A stretch of 64,000 bases of DNA from Octopus sinensis (taxonomy: Eukaryota), in contig NC_043025.1 in assembly GCF_006345805.1 (NCBI RefSeq), forward strand, positions 10,354,001 to 10,418,000, in the 5' to 3' direction. Position 1 is the stretch's first letter, and each line of letters opens with the position of its first letter. Below are positions 35,784 through 48,100 of the stretch, piece by piece. Position numbers and translations under genes: made by a program. The notes beneath the pieces were generated by a model. It saw only the letters and a list, made by a program, of their open reading frames with translations, did no database searches and was not told where the DNA came from.

Positions 35784-38700
35784 GTAAGAACCTCTATATT
35801 CCCACACGCTTCTTATTTCTGCTCCTTCTCCCTGTATCTAGTGTCTCTTGATTCACTCATCTTCTTCGCCTCTGCCCCTTATCTCTCTTGCTCTCCTCCC
35901 CTCTCTCTAAGGTTGTAATTGTCCCTAAGTCAACTTTGGTTTTTGTCCTTTTGGCGTCAATGAATTAAAGACTGTTGAAGTGCGGAGATCTTTTCTGTCT
36001 CTCAGGTTAAGTTAAAGAGACCAAGAAAGGAAAGCCTCACCAATTTTCTGAAAGACACCCCCCCTACCTAATTTACTCTCCCTTTTAATTAGTTTCTCCT
36101 CTTTCTCTAACTCTTTTCCCTCTCTTTTTATTTATTTCTCCATCTTTTTGCCGGTGGCACGTAAAAAGCACCATCCGACCATGGCCGTTTGCCAGACTTG
36201 TCTGGCACCTGTGCAGGTGGCACGTAAAAAGCACCCACTACACTCATGGAGTGGTTGGCATTAGGAAGGGCATCCAGCCGTAGAAACATTGCCAGATCAG
36301 ACTGGGCCTGGTGCAGCCTTCTGGCTTCCCAGACCCCAGTTGCACCGTCCAACCCATGCCAGCATGGAAAGTGGATGCTAAATGATGATGATGATGATGA
36401 TCTTTTTGTTTCTGTCTTCATCTTTTCTGCTTCTCTCTTCCTGTCCATTCTGTATTCCTCCCTATCCTCCTCTCTTTCTGATCTTAACCACACAGCCAAG
36501 CCTGCACCCATGTCTCTCTTATCTATGTACCTGTCTATATACCCTTGATGTTTTTAATTGGATGATGCCTTACAACTGTGCAAATGTTTTGGGCCGTTCT
36601 TGTAATACTTCAAAGGCATTATGTTGCACAGTTGTAAAGTGTTCCCAGGATAATAGAAGCAATATTGACTCACCAAGTATGTTATTGAGATTACTTAACC
36701 CTTTAGTATTTAAACCGGCCATATCCGGCCAAAATATTTAATCTGTTTTATACTCAAACTGACCAGATCCAGGCTCTCACACCTACCCTACAATGTTATT
36801 CTACATTAAGTAATTGCACCATCAACATCTTGAAGATATGAGATAATGCATGATTAATTCAAATCAATGTGTATCAATAAGCATTATGTTTGATAGAATA
36901 ATCTGAACACTAAAGGGTTAATATCATAATCCGAGTCTACTCAATGAAGATATGTGTATATGTGTGCATTTATCATCAACATCATCATAAATTTTATGTC
37001 TACTTTCCATTGGTTGTATGACGTATGCCGAGTTGTTATTCCTTATTGGGGAGCTACTGCTCTCATAGACTGGTGTACATATGTGTCACATAAGTTTTAA
37101 TTTCTACCGTCTTATCTCCAACCACTTTACCATGTGTGTTGGGTGTGTTCTCTCCTGACACTAGCATGAGAGAGGTTGGATAAGTTCGTGGTGAGAGAAG
37201 TTGACTAAAGGGAACTAACAAGCCCATGCTCTCTATCTCTCTCTCTCATCTGCTATCCACTTGACATCTTGTACTGATTGTATTTTCTCTTGGCACCAGT
37301 ACAAGAGAGGCCAATAATGATGAGTTCTTGGGCGAAAGAAGTCGACTAAAGGGAGCTAACTGTCCTATGTTCTTTTGCCACTTATTTGCCAACCGCTTCT
37401 CAGTGTGCACTGGGTATAATTTCTCATGGTACCCACAATTGGGAGGTTGTCAAGTCTCCAGTGGAACTGGACCAAAGAACCTCTTAATCTTATTTTTCCT
37501 CTACTTGCTCACCAGTCACTCTAGAAGGATGTGTTGGAGGTCTATGAACTACATTATTGCTCTAGCACGGGGTGTGGGAGAGGAGTCAGAAGTGTTTTTA
37601 TTTACTGTGAGTGCAGAGAGTATTCAATATCCAAAGACATGTGCTTTCTCCCAGTAGTGTGTGCTTACAGTGAAATTTGGTTTTCAGTGAAGATGTTGCT
37701 ACTAATATATTATAAACTATGTTTTTTTTATTGTGAAATCTTTGTTGAACTGCATACCAGTTTCTTGAAGTGACAATAGTTTATTTGGAAAAAATCAAAA
37801 GAGCAACAGACAGAACATAAAGTGATGTAGGCTTATGACTGAGTTCAAATCCCATCAGAACAAACTTTCTTTCAGGGGTTGATAAAATAATGTACCTGTC
37901 AAGCACTGCCCTTATTTGTTAGGCAGGTGATGTCTTGTTCCTACATGTTTCCATAGGTCTCTGACTGGATTGGAACCAGTCATCTTAAGAGATAAATAAT
38001 ATATATAATGTATAGGCGCAGGAGTGGCTGTGTGGTAAGTAGCTTGCTAACCAACCACATGGTTCCGGGTTCAGTCCCACTGCGTGGCATCTTGGGCAAG
38101 TGTCTTCTGCTATAGCCTCAGGCCGACTAAAGCATTGTGAATGGATTTGGTAGACGGAAACTGAAAGAAGCCCGTCGTATATATGTATGTGTATGTGTGT
38201 CTGTGTTTGTCCCCCCCAACATCGTTTGACAACCGATGCTAGTATGTTTACATCCCCATAACTTAGCGGTTCGGCAAAAAAGGCTGATAGAATAAGTACT
38301 AGGCTTACAAAGAATAAGTCTTGGGGTTGATTTGCTCGACTAAAAGGTGGTGCTCCAGCATGGCCACAGTCAAATGACTGAAACAAGTAAGAGTAAAGAG
38401 TATATATATACATAAAATATTTACATTTATGCTGTTTTCTTTTGACCTGCACTTGTAGCTAGGTATCGTATTCCTGAATGTATGTGTAGTAACAGACTGC
38501 ATTTGAAAAACAAACTTTTGTTCCTATATTTTATATTACCGAGAGTAAAAGGGCACCATTCGAGCGTGATCATTACCAACGTCGCTTCACTGGCACATGT
38601 AAAAAGATTCGAGTGAGGTCATTGCCAGTACCGCCTGACTGGCCCCCGTGCTGGGCTGGTGGCCCGTAAAAATCACCCACTACACTCTTGGAGTGATTGG

Positions 38701-41700
38701 CATTAGGAAGGGCATCCAGCTGTAGAAACTCTGCCAGATCAAGATTGGAGCCTGGTGCAGCCATCTGGTTCACCAGCCCTCAGTCAAAATCGTCCAACCC
38801 ATGCTAGCATGGAAAGCGGACGTTCAACGATGATGATGATGAGAGAAAATTTACTAATAATTTACTTCTCTGCTTATTTTAGAGAAGAGAAGTTGTAATA
38901 TCATCTTTGCTCTGCTTGGTCCTACCCTACTTTTCTGAGAATTCTGTTTCTTTTATTGGCTTCCATTATTAGACTGTAGCTTTGCTGTGGTACCACCTTC
39001 AGTCACATTGACTCCAGTACTTTCATCAGTCCAGTACTCGTTAATCAAGCTCTATTTGTCAAACTGTTAAGTCACAGGAGATACAGAGAAGCAGTTTATC
39101 CAATGCTGATTTTTAGACCTGTGTAAATGTAAACATTGGTCTGTGTATACAGCTGAGGGGTTTAAGAAATTTGCTTTGTAACCATGGGGTCCTTGGTTTA
39201 ATCTTAGAATGGCAGCTTGTGGTTCGACCCAAACCTTGTAAGTGTAATTCAGGTAGAAAAAAAATGTGTAGAGCCCTTTTGGATGGACAGTACCTGTAAT
39301 TGAAAGGTCTAGTTTTGTCACAGGGTGTGTTATGCTGATTCTACATGTGAATTTTGTCATGGGTACATGTCTGTGAAATACTTGGCCATTTCGCATGCAG
39401 ATCCAATGTGTTGTCCAGTTGATCAAAGAAGTTGCTCATAGACGCAGGAGTGGCTGTGTGGTAAGTAGCTTGTTAACCAACCACATGGTTCCGGGTTCAG
39501 TCCCACTGCGTGGCATCTTGGGCAAGTGTCTTCTGCTATAGCCTCAGGCCGACCAAAGCCTTGTGAGTGGATTTGGTAAACGGAAACTGAAAGAAGCCTG
39601 TCATATATATATATATATGTATGTATGTGTGTGTGTATGTTTGTCCCCCTAGCATTGCTTGACAACCGGTGCTGGTGTATTTACGTCCCTGTCACTTAGC
39701 GGTTCGGCAAAAGAGACCGATAGAATAAGTACTGGGCTTACAAAGAATAAGTCCCGGGGTCGATTTGCTCGACTAAAGGTGGTGCTCCAGCATGGCTGCA
39801 GTCAAATGACTGAAACAAGTAAAAGACTAAAAAAGAGAGTAAAGAGTATATGCAGAAAGTAGTCCAACATCGGCATGTATGCATGCATGCACTGTGTCAT
39901 GTGCATTCACATGATGGGCTTCTGCACAGTCTCCATCTACCAGATTGTCACTCACAAAGTATTAGTTAGCTTGACACTATAGAAATACTTGTCCAGGGTA
40001 CTGTGCAGTAGGACCAATCTGGGACCCAGGATCCACAGTTTGAAAACAAACTTCTGAACTACACAGCTTTGCCTGCTCTAAATTTCTGAAACATTTTCTC
40101 ATTCTCTCTCTCTCTCTGTGGATATTTTTAAAGCTGTAGGAACAGTCTCCATCTCTCCCTCTTTTGTACCCCACCCCTGTTTTGTCAGCTGGGATGCTTT
40201 AAGGGAGCAGAAAGTATGAATTAGCCATTATTGTTCTCTCTCTCTTTCTCTCCCTATTTTTCCAGCAACCATTTCAGAAAATATAACCATCCAAACAAAC
40301 TTGTAGGCAGTTCCGAAAAGATTTCTCAGTCAAGACAGTATGCGGATTACAACAAATACAATAAGTATATACACCAGTTATTATGTTTGTCTTTTTTTTT
40401 TCTTGTCTCCCTTTCTCTAATCCTCTCTCTCATATATTATTACTTTGACCAATTAATTTGTTTTCATTTCAGTACATAGTTCAAGTAATTAACTCTTTCA
40501 CGACCATGTTTCTTATGAAGGACTACCTTGTCAGTATTTTAGTTAATTTTGGAAAATAATGAAATTGGGAAGGATTGTGTAAAATAGTTGTTTCATTATT
40601 TAACCCTTTTGCTACCATATTTCTGTTGAGATGCTCTGTGTTTCTTTCAATTAATTTTAAATAGAGAGAAGCACTTCGTCGGTTACGACGACGAGGGTTC
40701 CGGTTGATCCGAATCAACGGAACAGCCTGCTCGTGAAATTAACATGTAAGTGGCTGAGCACTCCACAGACACGTGTACCCTTAACGTAGTTCTCGGGGAT
40801 ATTCAGCGTGACACAGAGAGTGACAAGGCCGGCCCTTTGAAATACAGGTACAACAGAAACAGGAAGTAAGAGTGAGAGAAAGTTGTGGTGAAAGAGTACA
40901 GCAGGGATCACCACCATCCCCTGCCGGAGCCTCGTGGAGCTTTAGGTGTTTTCGCTCAATAAACACACACAACGCCCGGTCTGGGAATCGAAACCGCGAT
41001 CCTATGACCGCGAGTCCGCTGCCCTAACCACTGGGCCATTGCGCCTCCACAATTTTAAATATAAGTAATAATTAAGCTAGTGTTAGGAACATAGACTAAT
41101 GGTGGAAGATTTTAATTCAGAATTTTTGAAACTGTGACATTTGTACTACAGAGCCAGAGGCAGTTTCAGCCAGGTTTGTATCAAAAGGGTTAAATAGCAT
41201 TTGATTGACTACTGTTTAAAAGAAGGAAATTGGACAATGTGGTTCTTGATATGCAAAAAAAATCTTTGGGGTTTAATTATTTGCTTTCATTCACAAGACG
41301 CATGCAGAAAAGAAACTGGATCTTTTCGCTTTGAACGGCAGTTTTTTCTAGCGGTGGCATATGAAATTATCACCCATAATTATGACCCTAGTATTGCATT
41401 TCAATCTGTTTTAGGGTTAGGGTTAGGGGTGGAGGGTATCTTTTTTTTCTTCAGAAATGTAAATAAACCCAATCTGTTTCTTAAACGAGGGACATATTCA
41501 TACAGCACAGAATGTTTTCACCTCAATAGACATCAGTGATTGGTTGAAATTGCAGAAATTGAAGAAGAAAAAACCCAACAAATATCTTACAAACTATAGA
41601 ATTTTCTCAATAAAGCCAAGAGAAAAAGATGTTTTATAAACACATTCTACCAGTATACGAAGTTTAAAAGTGTTTAGTTACGTGGAAATTATTTTTAAAA

Positions 41701-44700
41701 ACTGCCGTTCAAACCGAAAAGACCCAAGAAACTCATAATCTACAGTGTCATATTGCTTATGATATACTATGGTATTCTTCATATTTACTGGTTACTTAGA
41801 ATTATTGTTTGATAATTTGAATGTAAAAACTGCTGAATATTTTTTTCTTTCCTTCCCTTTAGGAGCCTGACTATTTTCTTATTTGTGGGCAGCATCTTTA
41901 ATAAGTCTTTCTTTTGCTTTTCTTTGCTTTTCTTTTCGTGAAGAAGCCCTGATCGCCGCAGCCGTCGTGAAAAGGCAGAACGTAAACGTAGCCGTAGCCG
42001 AGAAAAAAAGAGCGGCCGTGACAAAGAACGCAGGCGAAGTCGTACTCCGAGCCCTCCAAGTAGGAGCCGGGAAAGGTATGCAGGTACTGCCAAGCGAAGT
42101 AGAAGTCGCTCACCGTACAAGGGTCGAGGTGCACGTGGAGAGAAACCGTACCGGCGTAGCATGAGCAAGAGTCCGCTGCGGTCTTATGAATTTGTCAGGT
42201 AAGTAGTAATGTTTAGAAGATAGCCCTATGATGGTCACCTCTAATGTTTACATTGAGTTGCACAATTGGCTGTGTTACAGTTACTACATTACATAGTATA
42301 CAAAATACAGTTTCCCCCTCCAAAAATATCTCAAAAAGAAAAAGAAAATAACACTCCAGGTTCTTTATGTGAAGTTGGGCCTCTATCCTTTATGCCTTAC
42401 TCTAGGCTAATTTTAATCCATACAGTCAATGTCTTCTATTTCACCTGATTTCATAAGGATAACTTTTTATATGCAATGTTTTCTGTTATACCAAACGTAT
42501 TTTGTAAGGTACAGCTAGTTTACTTTAAATATTAATTAGTACACTCTGTGGAGTGGTTGGCATTAGGAAGGACATCTAGCCATAGAAACCATGCCAGAAC
42601 AGACAACGGAGCCCAGGGTAGCCCTGGAATTACCAGCTCTGAGCAAACCCATGCTTTCATGGAAAATGGACTTTAAAACATTTTTTACTGAATATCCACT
42701 GCTGAAATTGGGGTGCATCTTTTATGCCATCAGGTATGGTGATCCCTTGTCTTGGTTTAATACAGCCACCAGCCCCAACTAGCCCTTGGTTTGTCTTTAG
42801 CGGAGTCCCTATTTTAGCAAAGATTAAAGTCCTTATCTCTAGTATGAAGGTAGATAACTTGATGTGTTGCTGTCTAGCTGCAGGAACCATGGACGTTTCT
42901 CTTCCCTCTCTACCATTTGTCATGAAAACCCAGTAAAAAGTGCAAGGACACTACTTTTTTTCTTCCTTGAGTTTTAGCCATAAAAACGAGTCTGCTAGAA
43001 ATAGCACCCAAGACTTGAACACTACTATCTTATAAATGCTGTATTGGATATTGTAGTCCAAGGTATTGCAAAAAGCTGGGATGGTCACATGGCTAGAACA
43101 CCTTTGATTGATGGAACTAAACAATAATGAATTTTAAAAAATGGCATTGGAGGAGCGATGCCTACCCTGCATGCAAATAAAGTTTTGGTAAATTATTTTT
43201 GCAAAAACGTATATTATTATCATCATTATTATTATTTTTGTTTCTAGGGAACCTGGTCCTGAATTATCTCCCGAAGAACGCGATGCCCGCACCATTTTCT
43301 GCATGCAGCTCTCTGCCAGAATTAGACCAAGAGACCTCGAAGAATTTTTTTCCTCAGTTGGGAAGGTAATGGAAATGCTTTATTTTATTTGATTTCAAAT
43401 TCCTCAATGAATTATAATGTTTCCAGAGCTACTTATCTGAGAGAGTGCCGTCATTTGACGGTTGGTCACAGTGTCATCTTTATTTCGCTGCCACTGCTTG
43501 TGTCAGTCATCACTGTCTTGCCTTAAGCATTGACACTTGCTGTTGGTGTTCACACTTACTGTCAGCGTTGTTGACAGTTGTTTTCATATCCACAATGTTG
43601 TTTGATGACAAGCTGTTGTTGCAGCTTCTGAAGATCATGATTAGTTCTACATGCATTTTCAACTCATTTTTGCGCTTAGTTGCAGGTGGTGGCTACAGAC
43701 AAACCTTCATTTTTGTTGGGAATTTTTTTTTAACATAGGCACACAATCAAAAACTTATATCATTATTATTAATAATAATTGAAGACAATAATAAGAGCAC
43801 TCAAAGTGCAAACTTCCACCAAGGCAAAACCAATGTCCTCTCAACGATTAGCCAGAGCTGATTTTTAAAATGAGAGTATCCAAAATAAACTCGACTGCTC
43901 TTACAAACGAGAATTAAGTTTTAAAAAAAAAAATTTTTTTTTTAAATTGGAAAAATTATCCAGAAACTTTGGTATTGGATCGATCCCAAAATCTTATCAG
44001 TTCCTGCCAGTCATGAGGCCAAACATCCCTGAAAGTTTCATCCAAATCCATCCAGCGGTTCTTGAGATATCTTGTCCATGGACAAACAAACAACCACGAC
44101 TAAAAACAATACCTCCATCTTCGCTAAGGCAGAGGTAATAATGGTTTCAAATTTTTCCACTAGGGCAGCAATTTTGGGGTAGGGATGAATCAGTTACATC
44201 AACCTCAGTGTTCTACTGGTACCTAATTTACTGACCCCTGAAAGGATGGAAGGCAAAGTAAACCTCGGCAGAATTTGATCTCAAAACATAGGGATGGGCA
44301 AAATACTGCTAAGCATTTCATCCAGCATGCTAACGATTAATAATGGGATTGCACCTAGAAAGTTACCCTCCCAGGCACAAGTCCGGGCAAGGTAGTTTAT
44401 GGAAGACCAGCAGTCGCCCATGCATACCAGCTTCCCCTCTCCACACCACTGATGTTATCCAAGGGAAAAGCAAAGAGGCCGATACAGCTTGGCACCAGTG
44501 ATGTCGCAACTCATTTCTACAGTTGAGTGAACTGGAGCAACGTGAAATAAAGTGCCTTGCTCAAGAACACAACACGCAGCCCGGTCCAGGATTTGAGCTC
44601 ACAATCTGACGATCGTAAGCTCGACGCTCTAACCACTGAGCCATGCGCCTTCACAACGATTAATAATAATAATAATAATAATAATAATTGTATTACTTTT

Positions 44701-45083
44701 TCTTTTTCCTTTTGTTGTCTAAATTCATTTCTGTATTGGCTGTCTCCCTATAGGTTCGTGATGTACGACTTATCACTGATAACAAAACAAGACGATCGAA
44801 AGGCATTGCTTATGTGGAATTTGTCGATGTGGAGTGTGTGAACAAGGCTTTGGCCTTGACTGGTCAGCGACTGTTGGGTGTCCCCATAATGGTACAACCA
44901 TCACAAGCTGAAAAGAACAGAGCAGCCAATGCAACAGCCACGCTACAGAAGGGCACCTCAGGACCCATGCGCCTCTACGTTGGTTCATTACACTTCAACA
45001 TCACAGAAGAGATGTTACGAGGAATATTTGAGCCATTTGGCAAGGTAAAGTGCCTTTTCCTCCTCCTCCTTACTAATCATCCT

Positions 45084-45114
<31 letters not shown>

Positions 45115-48100
45115 AATTATTGTATACATTGCTCAGGTGCACCACAACTTGTCAGAAAGTGCATATAAAGTACATGCAGTAATGTAGAAATGTCTGGAAA
45201 GCGAACAATGTATGAGTCAGATACATGCTTGTGTGTGTATGGAGGGGAGAAAATCAAGTGTAGTGTTGGCGAATCTCAGGAAGCATGGAAGTTTTGAAGG
45301 ATGCAGTGCTCCGACAACTAACAACTGATGCCGGCAGTTTGTTTCATGCTTCAGCAACTCTCAGCGTGAAAAAATGTTTCCTGAAGTCATGGAAGGGGCT
45401 GTGCTGTTTTCTGACTTTGTAAATATGTCCACGGGTGTTAGATGGGTGGAGTTTGAAAAGGTGCTCAGAGTTATTGTTTGTACGATGGTTGATAATTTTA
45501 TGGGTGTCTGCCAAGTCAGCTGCCAGACGTCGGAGTTTCAATGTGTCCATGCCCAGGGAAGTAAGGCGTTCAGGATATGGCCTATTACTACTTATCAAAT
45601 GACTTGTGCTCACGTTTTGTGTCAATTTCCATTGAACCCTTTTTGATACCAACTCACCAGAGACAACTCTTGCTTCTATGATACTAATCTTCTTGTTTTA
45701 AAATGATCTGAAAAATTGCCATAAAAATTTCTTGTTAATTTTGTGTTCTAAACACCAGCCAAATAATGACAATTATTCCATATCATTATTGTCATTTTGA
45801 TTTCCGTTTTTTTCACATTTGCTACTGTTGTCCATCATTGTCGTCATACGTGTGTGGTGTATCACCTGTTGTTTGTTTCCTGTTTCAGATTGATGACATC
45901 AAATTAATCAAGGATCACGAGTCTGGCAGATTACAGGGCTATGGATTCATCACAGTAAGTACTGATTGTATGCACGCAAACACACACTCTCTCTCTCTCA
46001 CCTCCCTATCTCTCTTCCGCTCCCTTCCCTCCTCTCTCTTTTACCATATGATACATCGACACATAAAATTATGTAATTTTGGATATACCTCACTGGCTAT
46101 CTCCAACTATTCTATTTTTTCTTCAGCCGCCGGCCAGGATGCATCATAATTACCTAATGCAGCGTTTCTCAACCATTTTTCATACCTAAAATAATTAAAT
46201 TATTTTGTGTAGAGGTGTAGGCGTGGCCGTGTCGTAAGAAGCTTGCTTCATAATCACATGGTTCAGGGTTCAGTCCTACCGCCTGGCACCCTGGGCAAGT
46301 GTCTTCCATAGCCTTGGGCCAACCAAAGCCTTATGCATGGATTTGGTTGACAGAAACTGAAAGAAGCCCATCATGTGTGTGTGTGTATACATATATGTGC
46401 ATGTGTGTGTGTGTGTATATATACATACATACATGCGTGTGTCTGTTTTGTTCCCCCACCATCGCTTGTCCTGGGGCCGACTTCTTTGATTAAGCACCTT
46501 AAGGCGATGCACCAGCATGGCCGCAGTCACACGACTGAAACAGGTAAAAGAAAAACAGAGAATATTATAAAAATTTAATCAATTTATTGGAGAAAAATTT
46601 TTAAGAACAAAATCGTATATGGTCCTTAGTTGAGAACCCAATTGACCTAATGCCAGTTAGGACCAGCTCTAATTGAGGAGGGGAGATAATTTCAAGTTTG
46701 AGCAATTTTTGCAAGCTAACTTGTCATTAACCCATTCATGCCAATTATCATGATAATAATACTAATTATATAGTCAATTGTATACAATTATTAATTGCTT
46801 TATCATACACACACACAGACACAGATCATCATCATCATCGTTTAACGTCCGTTCTCCATGCTAGCATGGGTTGGACGGTTCGACCGGGGATCTGGGAAGC
46901 CAGAAGGCTGCACCAGGCTCCAGTCTTATCTGGCAATGTTTCTACAGCTGGATGCCCTTCCTAACGCCAACCACTCCGTGAGTGTAGTGGGTGCTTTTTA
47001 CGTGCCACCTGCACAGGTGCCAGGCGAGGCTGGCAAAAAACTTGGAGAAGAGAAATAACGCGTGCGTTCGGTCATATAGTAATATAATAAATAAATAAAA
47101 TATATGCATATATACATACATATATGTACATACTTACATCTACATGTATATATACATGCATAGAGTACAGGACACCACAAATAAATGTGGAACACAACGA
47201 GAGACGGGAACATAAAATCAAACAAGGAAACGGACTTTTTTTAAACAACAAAAAACAGAGTACAGGACAAACAATACAAGGAAAATTCCCCTTCATCAGC
47301 TGTCCCTGGTTCGACTCTGACCGGCTTCTTTCAGTTTCTATGTGCTAGGATTTGATTGGCCTAAGGCTATATAGTAGAAGACACTTGCCCAAGGTGCCGA
47401 ACCATGTGGTTGGGAAGCAAGCATGTTACCACACAGCCATGCCTGAACCCCTGCCAACTCTGGAGAAATTTTGAATTTTGAAATTGTCTCTACTTCTCAA
47501 GTGGTGCTCAGACGAACACAGACACAAAGACTCCTGCACACACAAATGACATGCTTCCACAGTTTCTACCTGTCAAATTGACTTACAAAACATTGGTCAG
47601 TCTAGGGCTATTGTAGAATACACTTTTCCAAACATGCTGCACAGTGGGGCAGAACCTGAAACCATGCGGTTTCAAAGTGACCTTCTTAACTGAACAGTTG
47701 TACCTGTATCTAGATATATCTATCAGGGCAGTGAGCTGGCTGAAACGTTGGCGCGCCAGGCGAAATGCTTAGCGGTATTTCGTCTGTCGCTACGTTCTGA
47801 GTTCAAACTCCGCCAAGGTCGTCTTTGCCTTTCATCCTTTCGGGGTCGATTAAATAAGTACCAGTTACGCACTGGGGTCGATGTAATCGACTTAATTCGT
47901 TTGTTTGTCCTTGTTTGTCCCCTCTGTGTTTAGCCCCTTGTGGGTAGTTAAGAAATAGGTATTTCGTCTGCCGCTACGTTCTGAGTTCAAATTCCACCGA
48001 GGTCGACTTTGCCTTTCATCCATTCAGAGTCGATAAATTAAGTACCAGTTACGTATTGGGGTCGATATAATCGACTTAATTCGTTTGTTTGTCCTTGTTT

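Noticed and set aside
40985-41050. tRNA-Arg-like sequence (also at 15.9, 60.1 and 61.4 kb)
   Set aside because: SINE head: it continues into the same body in each copy, the stems are imperfect and one copy has a TSD
41785-42168. 127-aa antisense ORF over the RS exon
   Set aside because: Expected by-product of low-complexity RS codons; no independent support
47281-47310. CUGAUGA on the minus strand (also CUGACGA at about 9178-9184) as further hammerheads
   Set aside because: No correctly placed GAAA, or no stem I/III pairing; too degenerate to call
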